The notes under the pieces are model-generated. The model saw only the letters and a program-made list of their open reading frames with translations. It searched no databases and was not told where the DNA came from. This document shows, piece after piece, positions 43,679-58,070 of a DNA stretch of 64,000 nt (the stretch's first letter is position 1; the number at the start of each line of letters is the position of its first letter). The position numbers and the translations under genes are program-made. The DNA is from the human T2T-CHM13v2.0 reference genome, Homo sapiens, in assembly GCF_009914755.1 (NCBI RefSeq), contig NC_060935.1; one strand, written 5' to 3'.

Positions 43679-45679
43679 TTTGTAACTTTATTTTATGAAC
43701 TGACCTAATGACCAGATGAGTTGGGCTCCAGATAAGGTGTTCAGGTGTTTAGAGCACTGTGCTGATGAAACCAAGGGTTTGCACCACAGTGAGATGCTCT
43801 GTTCCACCTTGGCTAATTTTACTCTGTTTCTCAGCTCACTGCTACATAAATCGTCAGTTTTGTTTTTTGGACAAATTTCGGCTTTGAGACTATTCCTTTA
43901 AAAGGTAGGGAGGATTTGGTAGCAGATTTAACGTTTTTTGACCAGAATTCCAAGTCTTCAAATCATAAAATTAGTGTTCTTCATAAATCTCTGGGCTGAT
44001 AAGAAAAATGCTCTGTGCTTTGTGCTCTAGTTTTGCTTCTTGCCATGGCTTCTGTTTGTTTCCCTATCTGGCTGCATTTGTTTTCTGAACTCCCAAGATT
44101 GACCTCCACCTATGGCTCTCAACCAGTTCCGTCTACACTATGATTGTAATATATTGGTAGTTTCTGTCACCTTAATACCCACTTTTTGGTTATGTTTCCC
44201 GTTCCATTCTCCATTTCTGAGCCTTGGGTCAACTGGGGCCTTGTCTGAGTTAGGACTCAGCTGTGTGTACCTTTGGTAATACAAGATACATTATTGAAAA
44301 GCATTTAAAAGAATATGATTGGGTCAGTTAAAATTCATTATCACTACTTTTGACCGTAGGTCAGTAACATCATCTTTCTTACAAAGAGCGGCTTCCATAT
44401 TCATGTTTGGCTCAGTTCAACTTGCTACAAAGTCTTCTAGAAAAAAATAGAGATATCAAGGAAAGATAAGGGCCTTCTTCCACCCTCAGTTTTCTGGTAA
44501 AAAGTAGAACTTCCCTTTCAAATCATATTGCACAAAACATATTTTCATATCTCTCTTCTTCTTTTTAAATGTATTAACATTAGATTAAGAGAAAAAGGAC
44601 AAGAGAAAGTAATTTTTTTAAAAAAGTACCAGTTGGTATTCTGCCAATGATATTTTTGCATGCTTCTCACACATCACTTTGAACAGCAAACTATTTCTAC
44701 TATGGTTAAGAGTATTTTACTCACTACAGTTCACATTTAATTTTAAAAAGCATTAGTGCTTGAGTGAACACTGAATGGCTGTTCTGCAAAATGAAAATAA
44801 GTAGCAAATCACTTCTGGATCATGTCTAACAACACTTGGCTATGACCGCTGACAACTATCGTTGGGATGGAGGAGCTACCGTATAATGAGACTGGTTGCA
44901 TGACTCTAAGAAGACTGCTCCTGTTGGCTTGAAATGCTCAATAAATGTTTGCTGAATGAGTGTAGATGGAAAGTACAGCCTTTAATTATTGAGCTTATCC
45001 CAAATTAGGTATTTGTGTGAGACTCTTTGCTGAAGGGACATGGCCCTAGGCATACACACATGCCTCCTAGTGTGGGTTCAAGGCGTCGGGGTTGCTGAAT
45101 GCACTGGGCCAGTGTGGGCTTTCTCCACCTAGACTATTTATACTATTTTACCCTCATTTTGAAGTTCATAATAATGCAGTATCAGTTGCTGTTATTTTCA
45201 AGTGGTCAGAATAAGAGTAATGCTAGGGAATAAGAGCATGAGTATGAGGGAGGTGGCGGGGGAGGAGGAGTACAGGGCAGGTGACAGGCTCACAGAACAA
45301 GGCACTGCTTTAGGATGTGAATAATGGGACCTCCTCTCATGTGTCTGATATAGCAAGCAAGGACCTCTTGGCTCCCTGGCCCCAACCAATCCCTATCTAG
45401 CTTTCTCTATGGTCTTATGATTTCCCATGGCATGTCTTATTTTTCAGTTACATTGTTCTTTGGAGAATGGGGAACCTTCAAACCATTGCTCACACTTTTT
45501 TCATCTTGCGCTGTACTTACGTATACTTACTACTCTCTGTATCTTCCTAGAAATTCTATTGTTCAAAGTCCAGTTCAAAGGTCACCTTCCCTATAATGTA
45601 TTCCTTGACTCCCATAGACAGAAATCCTTCCTCAGAACTCCCATGATGCTTTGTATCACTGTTATCATTAATTACATCT

Positions 45680-47450
45680 TGCCATTTATATAGATGGCAT
45701 TATACTGTATGTGATGTCTGTGACTTGCTTTTCCTCACTATTGTTTTTGACATTCATCCACATTCATGTGTGTAGCTGTAATTCATTTGCTTCACTGCTG
45801 TAGAGTATTATGTAGTATTCACTTGCCACAATTTATCTGTTTCCTTGGTGATGAGCATGTGAGTTGTTTTCATTTTGTTGCTCTTGACACTCAACACTGC
45901 TCTGTTTTCCAGTGTACATTTGCAAGTGTATGTTGGATACGCATCAGAAAGTGGGATTGTGGTCCATAAGGTCTGCACATTTTCAGACTTAAGAGTAATA
46001 TTAAATTATGTTTCAAATAAGTTAAATTCAATTATAGTCGCACCTATCCATGTATGAGGGTTCTCATTGTCCTGTATCCTCACCAAAAATTGGTACTGTC
46101 AGAGTTTAATTTTTGTATTTTTATTAATGTAAAATTAGTTTTATTGCAGTTAAAATTATATTTCTCTGATTACTGACAAGGTTGACAACTTTTTCTTATG
46201 TCTATGGTCAGTCTGTTCTTGTGTAACATGATGGGACAGTCTATTTTCCAACTGGGCTATGACTTACCAGTTGAGAGGTAGGAGATTATGAGAGATTATT
46301 GATACTAATCCTTTGACAGTTACATTTGTTGCAACTTCTATTTTCCCTAGTTTGTTGGTTTTTGTAAATTTTTGGTTTCTAAACAGCATCTTTTGCCTGA
46401 TAGAAATGTCACATTTTTACATTTTACATGTATTGACTGATGCCTAATGTTTCCCTAAAATGTATAAAACCAAGCTGTATCCAGACCACCTTAGGCACAT
46501 GTTATCAGGATCTCCCTGAGGGCTGTGTCACAGGCCATTGGTCACCCATATTTGGCTTAGAATAAATCTCTTCAAAATAAATAAAGTTACCTTTTAATAT
46601 AGTGAAATGTACCAATTGTTTTCTTTGTTATTTTTATGTTTTGCCTAAGTTTGTAGAGATATTCTTCTCTGTTTGCTGCTAAAAGTTTAGAAGTTTTGCA
46701 TTTCACAGTTAACTTTATAATCTACTTGAAACTGAATTTTGAAGAGTCAAATTTAATTTTTTATACAGACAACCAATTGTGACAATGACAATGCCAACTT
46801 TTAAATTGTTCCTCCTTTCCCACTAATCTGGAAGGCCACCTCTGACATGTTAAGTTGCTAGGTGTGAATGGCCCTCTCTCTGAGCTTTCTGCCCAGTTTG
46901 TTGGTCTATTTGTCCACTCTTGCCCCAGTGCCACACTGACTCCATGACTATGACTTTATAATACATTTTGGTATTTTGTAAGTTGAGATTTCCTCCATGT
47001 CCTTTCTCAGGATTGCATTGAACTTTTTGTTTCTATACGTATATGTTTTAAGTCCAAACTTTTCATATTCACAGAACAAAACAAATACAACTATGATTAG
47101 CATATCAATTGGAATTATATTGAAGCTACAGGTCTATTTGGAAAAATTGATATCTTATGGTATTCAGTTTTCCTGTTTATGCATATATCTCTCTATTAGA
47201 CCTTTTCAGTGTCTTTCAATAATGTTTTGTAGTTTTTGTCATAAAGGTTTTACTTATTTTTTGTTTTATTCATTCCTGGGTGACTTCGCTTTTGTTGCTA
47301 TAATAACGATTATTTTAAAATTACTTTTTCTCTTTTGATGTATATTGGTTTTATATTAATTTACTATGTCCTCTTATCAATTCTAATTATTTATTGTTGC
47401 TTTTGTGTTTTCTTTGTAGAGAGCATTCATTTGTAAACAATCTATTGATT
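45680..47450 (-). mobile_element. L1ME-type fragment
   Basis: ttgacattcatccacatt...gtagctgtaattcatt...tgtatgagggttc; T-rich decayed ORF2. Confidence 0.8.
46415..46585 (+). mobile_element. MER4-family LTR 3' fragment ending at its poly(A) site
   Basis: ccctaaaatgtataaaaccaagctgt...gaccaccttaggcacatgtt...catatttggcttagaataaatctcttcaaa then ataaataaa. Confidence 0.8.
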
Positions 47451-47560
47451 CTTTCATTCAACAGACACTTATTGAGCATCCACAATGTGATGGCCATTTT
47501 CTAGGCAATATTCCAGGGAGTTAACAAAACAAAATTATCTATCCTCAGTAGCTTATGTAG
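47450..47560 (-). mobile_element. L2 3' end
   Basis: ttcattcaacagacacttattgagcatccacaatgtg. Confidence 0.7.
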
Positions 47561-48139
47561 ACTTTTCTTTCCCCCCAATCCCTGGGCCTTTGAGTGGGAA
47601 GAGAAGGGTTAGCAGCTAGTTTGTAAGTCATCCTGTGTACCCCAGGGATGAGAGGAAAAGAGCCAAAAAGAATGAAATGGCCTGGTCAAATCTCCTTGTA
47701 ATCATAATGGAGAGTCCTTACCATGGAATGCTTTGAGTAGGATATACCTGGTCCCTGGAGTTCGCCTATGGTAAGCAAACTTGTTTATAGATTTGTGAGG
47801 CATGGCCTACTGGAAAATGTCAGGATCAGTTATGTAATTTCTGATGTACACGATAGAGATATTTCATGATAGGGATTGCTCCCCTGTGTGTAAGTGATAC
47901 CCAGCCTGCCTCATCAGAACGTACCTTAAATCTGGACCCCTGACCTAAGGAGTCCAGAATTAAGGAGCAAAGAAAGAGCTGGGGAGTTGTGACAGCAGTA
48001 TGAGACTTCTCCATGATTTTTCTGCTTTTTGTGATTTCCTTCGTCTTTTGAATTACTAGCAAAGTTTTATACTAGGTGAGATCTCTGATCCTGGTGAGAC
48101 TGATTTGACAAACTCTCACTCTGTGTCATCACTGGGGCT

Positions 48140-51100
48140 AGCCATATGTATGTTGCTTTTGATTCTATATAGACTATGCCTAATGTTTCTTCATTTAGAA
48201 TGTTTTCTCTATGTTTTAGTAGGTATTCTTTAGCAGGCTGCAAAAATTTCCTTTTTTTTATACTTAAGAATGGGTATTAAATTTCTTTGTTTTTTTCCTC
48301 CATGTATTGAGATAATTAAATGATTTTAAAAACTATGTTGATGTGGTGAATTGTATTGTTAGGTGTTAAATCAAACTTACATTCCTTTTTTGTTTTTGAG
48401 TCAGGGTCTCGCTCTATCACCCAAGCCAAAGTGCAGTGGTCCAATCATGGTTCACTGCAACCTCAAACTCCTGGGCTCAGCAGTCCTCCTGCCTCAGCCT
48501 CCTGAGTAGCTGGGACTTACAGTTGAAGGCAACCATGCCTGGCTAAATAGATATTTTTTAAATTTTTGTAGAGATAGGGTCTTGCCATGTTGCTCAGGCT
48601 GGTCTTCAACCCTGGATAAATATTTTTTTTAAATGTTTTTGTAGAGATAGCGTTTCACCATATTGCCTAGGCTGGTCTTGAATTCCTGGCCTCAAGTGAC
48701 CCTCCTGCCTCGGCCTTTCAAAGTACTGGGATTACAGCAGTGAGCCATGGTGGCCAGACTGCATTCCTTGAATAGACTCAAATTGGTCATGATGTGTATC
48801 TTTTATATACATTGTTGGATTTAGTTTGTAGTATTTTTTAAATATGTTTAGGAGGGAGATTGACTTTTTCTTTTCTTGTAAGTACTTTCCTAATTTCGAT
48901 ACAAGATTACATATTTTTATATATGTATTGGTGAGTATTCCTTGTTTTTATTTCCCAGAAGAGTTTTATAAAAATTGAAATTATCTATTTTTTCTTTTTT
49001 TGTGGGAAGATCTTTAGCTACTAATTTAATTTTTTTTAATGATTACAGAACTATTCAGATTTCCTATTTCTTCATGAGTCACCTATGGTAAATTGCTTTT
49101 CTTCCCTAGCAATTTGTCAATTTTACATGTTTTAAAGCTCATTGGCTAAAGTTATTATCTTTTCAATTTTCTGCTCTGTCTGTAACATGATCCCTTTTTC
49201 ATTTTTGATATTGCATATTTGTGTTTTCGCTCTTTTTAAATTGATTAATCTGACCAAATATTTAATACTTTATTAGTGTTCTCAAAAAAATGTCTTTTGG
49301 ATTTGTGAGTACTCTATACTGAATTTTTGTTTTCTGTATTATTTGTTTCTGTTCTTTCATTCTTTTTATTTTCTTTGGGGTTTTTCTCGTTGTCTTTTTT
49401 TTTTTTTTTTTTAAAGACATAGAGATTCATCGGAAGTATAGTTTTTTTTTTTAAAGAACTCAAGTTTCTATGACATTCCAAAGAGATAGTTGAGAAATTG
49501 CCAGGACATATGCTTATTAGATACTAGAATCTCATCTGGAAAAATTGTACTGTTTAAAAATTTTTTTCCTAAGTTAGTCAACTTTAATTTTTTAGCCTTT
49601 CTCCTCCCATAAGTGTACAGATTTATGAATGTTCTCAAATTGTTATTTTAGCATTCCACAAGTTTTAATATGTATAATTATTTTAAGTATATTTTACTTT
49701 TCATAATTCTTTATTTCACTCACGTATTAGAAATATTTTAATTTCCCATCGTAGGAGCTCAAATTATTTTGTTATTGAATTCTAATTTAATCGTGATCAG
49801 GAAATAGGCTCCTGAGATACTGATAATTTGAAATTTATTGAGACTTATGGCCTGATATTGAGACAATTTTTGTAAATATTCTCTGGATCTTGAGGATATT
49901 TCGTATTTCTTATTGTTGAACACATGGCCTATAAATGTCTATCAAATCAAGCTTCAATTTTTGTTTGTTTGACTACTAAAAATTGATAGAAGGATGTTGA
50001 AACCTTCTATTATGATGGTAGATTTATACATTCCTTGACATTATCAACTTTCATTTTATATCTTTTAGGGTTAAAGATAACCCCTAAGAGGATGCATATT
50101 ATCCTTGGTTATTGACAATTTTTATTATTAAGCAACGATTCTCTTCACATATGCTTTATGTCTCAAAATTTAATTCACCAATATTATTAGTTTTGTTTTG
50201 ATTTGTATTTGCCCAGTATGTCCTTTTTATCTTTATATTTTTAATGTTTCCATGTTTGTATATTTTAGATCTTTCTCTTAGAAATAACATTCATAACATT
50301 CATCTCATTTTAAAAAATTTTATCTGACAATATCTTTTAATTAATGAGTTACATTTGCACTTGTTATGATTGCTGATCTATTTGCACTTATTTTGCTGCA
50401 TTAGGTTGCACTTTCTGTTTGTTCCTGGTGATCTGTGCTTCTTAATGTCACATTTCTGACCTCCTGTTTTCTTGTTCAGCTTTCCCCTCCCTATAACTTT
50501 TAGGAATATACATACCATTTATCTTCTTTTACAGGTGTTCCTTGTGGACTTGAAATCTAAAATTAATTAGTGTCTGAACTTCTTTTTGAATAATTCAAGA
50601 GTTTTTTAATTCTTTTGTCTCTGATCATCCTCCTCTGGGCTTACTTGCTATTGGTATTCATAATTTCATTTCTCTCTTTAAGAAAAAAATCTAACAAATT
50701 AAGCATGCCTACTTTTTATACAGTCAGGTTTTTCAGATTTATCTAAATCTTTACTCATTTGCTTTCCATTCTTTATTGTATCTCAAATCTTTTTGAATTT
50801 TGTCTTTCATCTTGAGGTTTATCATTTGGAAGGTAATGTTTTGAGAGCCTGCTAGTGGTAAGCTTTCACAGTTGATGTTTATCTAAAAATGTGTTTATTT
50901 TACCCTTCTTGTTGAAAGGTAACCTTGCTTAGTATATAATTGTAGGGTTATAGTTATTTTCACTCAACAAGTTGATATCTTTGGGAGGTTTGATGTCAGT
51001 CTGACTTTCATTCCTTTTAAAATTATCTCTGCTTTGGTTTTATTGGTTGTTTTTAAGATCTTCTTTTAGTCTTTCATATTCAGCAATTTTATTTTGATAT

Positions 51101-51745
51101 TTCTATTTTTATTATTCTGTCTGGAATAATAAACTGGAGTTCTGAATCTGAAAATGGGTTTATTTCACAAATTCTCAAAATTCCTTAGCCATTTTCTCTT
51201 CAAATATTAGATCTCCATTCTTCCTACTAGCTAATTTCTGGACCATCAGTAAAACCAATGTTAGGCTCTCTCATTTTATCCTCTTTATTTTAATTTATTT
51301 TTCTTGTTTTTAAAATCTCATTTGTCCTTAATTAGGAATAAATTTTAAAAATATATTTTCCAATGTAATAATTACCTTTTCACCTTACATCTAATTAGAA
51401 TCAAAATCTAATTTTAGACTTTAAGCCTAATCTGTTTCTATATCCCAGTTATAAAGTTTTAAATTTCAATAGTTACTTTTTTATTTCTAAAAGCCCTGTT
51501 TTGCTCTACTTCCAAGTTGGTTATTTGGAGTAGTCTTATTCTTATAAACTTTTAAATTCCATTTTTGATTTCTTTAAACATTTTGCACAGAGTTATTTTA
51601 TATTCTGAATCAGATAATGGCAAAATCTAAAGTCCTTGGGAAAGTGGTGCTAAAACAATTTTGTTTGTTTTTTCCTCCTCGGACTCTTGCTCATGGTGTA
51701 TTATTCCTTCATTTGCTTAACACTTTCTATTTTGAGCTCATTATT
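48140..51745 (-). mobile_element. Highly decayed old L1M (ME/MC-type) region
   Basis: Long T-rich antisense L1-like sequence (tggtcatgatgtgtatc, gatgttgaaaccttctattatga, gatgtcagtctgact); approximate bounds. Confidence 0.7.
48388..48759 (-). mobile_element. AluJ with internal ~70-bp duplication
   Basis: AluJ-type gggtctcgctct and ctcctgggctca; linker-plus-left-arm segment present twice; TSD core cattcctt at 48380-48387 and 48762-48769. Confidence 0.9.
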
Positions 51746-51769
51746 TGTGTGTGTGTGTGTGTGTGTGTG
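51746..51769. repeat. (TG)12 microsatellite
   Basis: Direct reading. Confidence 0.9.
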
Positions 51770-53468
51770 CCTTCCTTAGAAGCTGTGCATGTTAATCTAC
51801 TTTAATGTATATGAATTAGAAAGAAAAATACCAAATCCCTTGATGCAGTCCATGTTATAAATCCATTTATACTTATACTTTCCTTTGTCTTATTCTTTCA
51901 ATCTTCATGCTTATTTTTTCACTTAAAAAACTTTGGGGACTTCCCTTATATTACTAGATGATTTCTGGTAGCTGGAGCCCTTGGGAAATTCATTTGTCCA
52001 TTCACACTGCTTGGTTCAATACAACACTCTGAGAGAACTTTATTCTACCAAAGACAATGACTGATTGGACTTTAAAAATAGTAACTTCTATAAATATGGC
52101 ATAATATCAGGCAGCCATGTTTCTAGCTGATCAAATAAACTTTTAGCCCTACAAAAGGCTCATAATTATGAGGTAATAAACATGTAAATTTCCCTTTCTG
52201 GCATAAAACTAAAGGTCCTATAGGTTCTAAGTTAGTCCTGAGTTTTTGCATTAAGATTGCATTAATGCTGTTTATTAGAAATTACTTTCTCAGTCCCAAC
52301 AAATCACGTTAAAATTCATAGTGTATGGCAGATCCTGAGTGCCCACATGAAAAGCAAGGACTCAAAGGTTAGAGACCTAAATTGAAATTAAGATTAAGAT
52401 AGATGTGAGTCAATTCAACTTAGGAGTTATTGCTGGTCCTGAGTCCAAGGAAGAGGCCATTTAATGATTCATCCAAGGAACACTAAGAGTTCCAGGATAT
52501 TCTCTTGGACATCTGGAAACTTGGGTTATTTTATCTGAGCATGACTGAAAATTTGGCAAATATTTTTCATACTTATCTTAGGTTGGACACATATCGACAA
52601 GATAAGATGGGTATTTGATAAGCTCTCATCTTTATCATTTATTTCTTTAAATTTCAGATTCCTGATGTATTTTTGTCACAAGATGTGGTCATGGTTGCAC
52701 ATGGGTTGAGAGCTCACAGTAGTTCAGTAACTAAGATGTTGCTCTAATATTGGTCTCCCTTGCAGACATTGAAAGTCCAATATGCTATCATCAATGACAG
52801 TTCATGGGAAAGTTGACGTAATAATGCTTCAATTTTTCCATTTGTAAATAGGCCATTTCAATAATAAAGTAGGGAGCACAACTGAGAAATGTTTGAAAAT
52901 GTAAATAGTTTTTGTTTCAGAAAACAACCTTATTTCTCCAACACAGTAGTATTTCTTCTTTATGTAGCTAAATCTCTCTAACACGAGGCTCCCACACAAG
53001 CTATTGAGACTTCACCTAGATGGTCTCAATGGCCTTAGAGACATACATATTTCTTTTTTTTTTTTTTGCACTTTTTTGTATACTGTATTTTATTTTTTAA
53101 AATTTATTTTCTTTAATTTTTTTTACTCTTTTATTTCAGTAGGTTTTTGGGGAACAGGTGGTATTTGGTAACATGAATAAGTTCTTTATTGGTGAATTCT
53201 GAGATTTTGGTGCACATAACACTGTACCCCGTGTGTAGTCTTTTATCCCTCGCCATGCCTAACCCTTTCCCCTGAGTCTCCAGTGTCCAGTGTGTAATTC
53301 TTAGGCATTTGTGTCTCATAGCTTAGCTCCCACATAAGGGTGAGAACATAGGATGTTTGGTTTTCCATTCCTGAGTTACTTCACTTAGAATAATAGTCTC
53401 CAATTCAATCCAGGTTGCAGCGAATGTCATTATTTCCTTCCTTTTTATGGCTGAGTAGTATTCCATGG

Positions 53469-53479
53469 TGTGTGTCTCT

Positions 53480-53520
<41 letters not shown>

Positions 53521-53540
53521 AATGTGATATATATATATGT
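53469..53540. repeat. Compound (TG)/(TC)/(TG)n/(TA) microsatellite inside L1PB
   Basis: Direct reading. Confidence 0.9.
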
Positions 53541-54934
53541 TGAATAGAAAATAAATATATATAAATGTTTTCTTTATCTACTTGTTGATTAATGGGCATT
53601 TGGGCTGGTTCAATATTTTTGCAATTGCAAATTGTGCTGCTATAATCATGTGTGTACAAGTATCTTTTTTGTATAATGACTTCTTTTCTCTAGGTAGATA
53701 CCTACTAGGTACTAGATACCTAGTAATGATCCAGTAATGTAGATTGCTGGATCAAATGGTAGATCTACTTTGAGTTCTTTAAGAAACCTCCACACTGTTT
53801 TCCATAGTGGTTGTACTAGTTTACATTACCACCAGCAGTGTAAAACTGTTCCCTTTTCACCACAATCATGCCAACATCTATTATTTTTTGATTTTTTGAT
53901 TATGGCCATTCTTGCAGGAATGAGGTGGTATTGCATTGTGGTTTTGATTTGCATTTCCTTAATAGTTAGTGATATTGAGCATTTTTCCACATGTTTGTTG
54001 GCCATTTGTATATCTGCTTTTGACAATTCTCTATTCATGTCCTTAGCAACATTTTTGATGGAATCGTTCATATTTTCTTGCTGATTTGTTTGAGTTCTTT
54101 GTAGATTCTGGATATTAGTCCTTTGTTGGATATATAGATTGTGAAGATTTTCTCCCACTTTGTGGGTTGTCTGTTCACTCTGCTGATTATTTCTTTTGCT
54201 GTGCTGAAGCTTTTTAGTTTAAGTCCCATCTATTTATCTTCGTTTTTGTTGCATTTGCTTTGGGTTTTTGGCCATGAAGTCTTTGCCTAAGCTAATGTCT
54301 AGAAGGAATTTCTAATGTTATCTTCTAGAATATTTATGGTTTTATGTCTTAGGTTGAAGTCTTTGATCCACCTTGAGTTGATTTTTGTATAAGGTGAGAA
54401 AGGATCCAGTTTCATTCTGCTCCACGTGGCTTGCCAATTATCCCAGCACAATTTATTGAATAGTGTGTCCTTTCCCCACTTTATGTTTTTGTTTGCTTTG
54501 TGGAAGACCAGTTGGCTGTATTTGGCTTTATTTCTGGGTTCTCTATTCTGTTTCATTGGTCTATGTGCCTATTTTTATACCAGTACCATGCTGTTTTGGT
54601 GACTATGGCCTTATAGTTTGAAGTTGGGTAATGTGATGCCTCCAGATTTGCTCTTTTTGCTTAGTCTTGCTTTGGTTATGTGGGCTCTTTTTTGGTGCCA
54701 TATGAATTTTAGGATTTTTTTTCTAGTTTTGTGAAGAATGAGTGGTATTTTGATGGGAATTGCATTGAATTTGTAGATTTCTTTTGGCAGTATGGTCATT
54801 TTCACAATATTGATTCTACCCATCCATGAGCATGAGATGTGTTTCCATTTGTGTCTTCTATGATTTCTTTGAGCAGTGTCTTGTAGTTTTCCTTGTAGAG
54901 GTATTTCACCTCTTTGGTTAGGTATATTCCTAAG

Positions 54935-54965
<31 letters not shown>

Positions 54966-56108
54966 CTGTTGTAAAAGGGGTTGAATTCTTTATTTGATTC
55001 TCAGCTTGGTCACTGTTGGTGTATAGCAGAGCTACTGATTTGTGTACATTAATTTTGTATCCTGAAACTTTGCTGAATTCATTTATCAGTTGTAGGAGCT
55101 TTTTGGATGATACTTCAGGGTTTTCTATGTATATGATCTTATCATCAAACAGTGACGGTTTGACTTCCACTTTACTGATTTGGATGCTCTTTATTTCTTT
55201 CTCTTGTCTCCTAGCTCTGGCTAGGACTTCCAGTACTATGTTGAATAGAAGTGTTGCAAGTGGGCACCCTTGTTGGCTGTGGGTTTGTTGTAGATGGCTT
55301 TTATTACCTTAAGATGTGTCCCCTCTATGCTGATTTTGCTGAGAATTTTAATCATAAACGGATACTGGATTTTGTCAAATCCTTTTTCTGAATCTATAGA
55401 GATGATCATATGCTTTTAATTTTAAATTCTGTTTATGTGGTGTATCACATTTATTGACTTAAGTATGTTAAACCATCCCTGCAACCTTGGTATGAAACCC
55501 ACTTGATCATGGTGTATGATCTTTTTGATATGCTGTTGGATTTGTTTAGCTAGTATTTGGCTGAGAATTTTTGCATGTATGTTCATCAGGGATATTGGTC
55601 TGTTGTTTTCTTTTTTGTTATGTCCTCCCCTGATTTTGGTATTAGAGTGATAGTGGCTTCATAGAATGATTTAGGGAGGATTCCCTCTTTCTCTATCTTG
55701 TGGAATAGTGTCAATAAGATTGGTACTAATTCTTCTTTGAATGTCTGATAGAATTCAGCTGTGAATCCATCTGGTCCTGGACATTTTTTTGTTGGCTTTT
55801 TTTTTATTACTATTTCAATCTTGTTCCTTGTTATTGGTTTGTTCAGAGGTTCTAGATCTTCCTGGTTTAATCTAGGAGGGTTGTATGTTTTTGGGAATTT
55901 ATCCATCTCCTCTAAGTGTTCTAGTTTATGCATATAAAGTTGTTCATTGTAGCCTTGAATAATCCTTTGTATTTCTGTGGTATCAGTAGTAATATCACCT
56001 GTTTCATTTCTAATTGAGCTTATTTGGATCTTGTTTTCTTGGTTAATCTCACTAATGGTCTATTAATTTTATTTATATTTTCAAAGAACCAGCTGTTTGT
56101 TTCATTTA

Positions 56109-56152
<44 letters not shown>

Positions 56153-57999
56153 TGTTTCAATTTCACTTAGTTCTGCTCTGATCTTCATTATTTTTCTTCT
56201 GCTGAGATTGGGTTTGAATTGTTCTTGATTCTCCAGTTCCATGAGGTGTGACCTTAGATTGTCTACTTGTGCTCTTTCAGACTTTTTTATGTAAGCATTT
56301 AATGCTATGAACTTTCTTCTTTGCACCACTTTTGCTGTGTCCCAGAGGTTTTGATAGGTTGTGTCACTATTATTTTTCAGTTCAAAGAATTTTTTAATTT
56401 CCATCTTTATTTTATTGTTGACCCAACAATCATTTAGGTATAGGTTATTTAATTTACATACATATGTTTGCATCGTTTTGAGGGTTCCTTTTGAAGTTGA
56501 TTTCCAATTCTATTCCACTGTGGTCTGATAGAGTACTTGATGTAATTTTGATTTTCTTAAATTTACTGAGACTTGTTTTGTGGCTTATCATATGGTCTGT
56601 CTTGGAGAATGTTTGACGTGCTGATGAATAGAATGTATATTTCTGCAATTATTGGATAGAATCTGTAAATATCTGTTAAGTCCATTTGTTGTAGGTTATA
56701 GTTTTGGTCCATTGTTTCTCTGTTGACTTTCTGTCTTGATGACCTGTCTATTGCTGTCAGTAGAATATTGATGTCTCCCACTATTCTATCTTCTTTCTTA
56801 GGTTTAGTAGTAATTGTTCTACAAATTTGGAAGCTCCAGTGTTAAGTGCACATATATTTAGAATCGTGATATTTTCCTGTTGGATTAGTCCTTTTATAAT
56901 TATATAATGTCCCTTTTTGTCTTTTTTACATGCTGTTGCTTTACACTTTGTTTTGTCTGATATAAGAATAGCTGATCCTCTTTGCTTTTCATGTCCATTT
57001 GAATGGGATATCTTTTCCACCCCTTTACCTTAAGTTTCTGTGAGTTCTTATGTGTTAGGTGAGTCTCCTGAAGACAGCAGAAACTTGGTGAATTCTTCCA
57101 TTCTTCTATTCTGTATCTTTTAAGTGGAGCATTTGGGCCATTTACATTCAATGTTACTCTTGGGATGTGAGGTATGATTCTATTTGTTGTGCTATTTGTT
57201 GCCTGAATACCATTCTTTTTTTCACTGTGTTATATTTATATAGGTCCTGTGCTTTAAGGAGGTTCTATTTTGGTGTATTTTGAGGATTTGTTTCAAGATT
57301 TAGAGCTCTTTTTAGCAGTTTTCATAGTGCTGGCTTGGTAGTGGTGAATTCTTTTAGCATTTGTCTGGAAAACACTGCATCTTTTTTATTTGTGAAGCTT
57401 AGTTTCTCTGGTTACAAAATTCTTGGCTGATAATTGTTTTGTTGAAGGAGGCTAAAAATAGGTTCCCAGTATCTTCTTGCTTGTAGGGTTTCTACTGAGA
57501 AATCTGCTGTTGATCTGATAGATTTTCCTTTACAGGTTACCTGATGCTTTTGCCTCACAGCTCTTAAGATTCTTTCCTTTGTCTTGAATTTAGACAACAT
57601 AATGACTATGTGCCTAGGCAATGATCTTTTTGTGATGAGTTTCCCAGGTGATTGTTGAGCTTCTTGTATTTGGATGTATGGCTCTCTAGCAAGGCCAGGA
57701 AAGTATTCCTCGATTTGTCCCTCAAATATATTTTCCAAACTTTTACATTTCTCTTCTTCTATGGGAACACCAATTATTCTTAGGTTTGGACATTTAACAT
57801 AGTCCCAAGCTTCTTTGAGGCTTTGTTCATTTTTTTAAAATTCTTTTTTTTTTGTCTTTGATGGATTGGGTTAATTGGAAAGCCTTGTTTTCTAACTCTG
57901 AAGTTCATTCTTCTACTTGTTTGAGTCTATTGCTGAGACTTTCCAGTGCCTTTTGCATTTCTCTAACTGTGCCCTTAATTTCCAGAAGTTGCAAATGTT

Positions 58000-58032
<33 letters not shown>

Positions 58033-58070
58033 TTGAGATGGAGTCTCACTCTGTCACCCAGGCTGGAGTG
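58000..58070 (-). mobile_element. ~36-bp 5'-truncated Alu with (AAC)n tail nested in L1PB
   Basis: (ttg)n then tgagatggagtctcactctgtcacccaggctggagtg, after which L1 sequence resumes. Confidence 0.88.
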
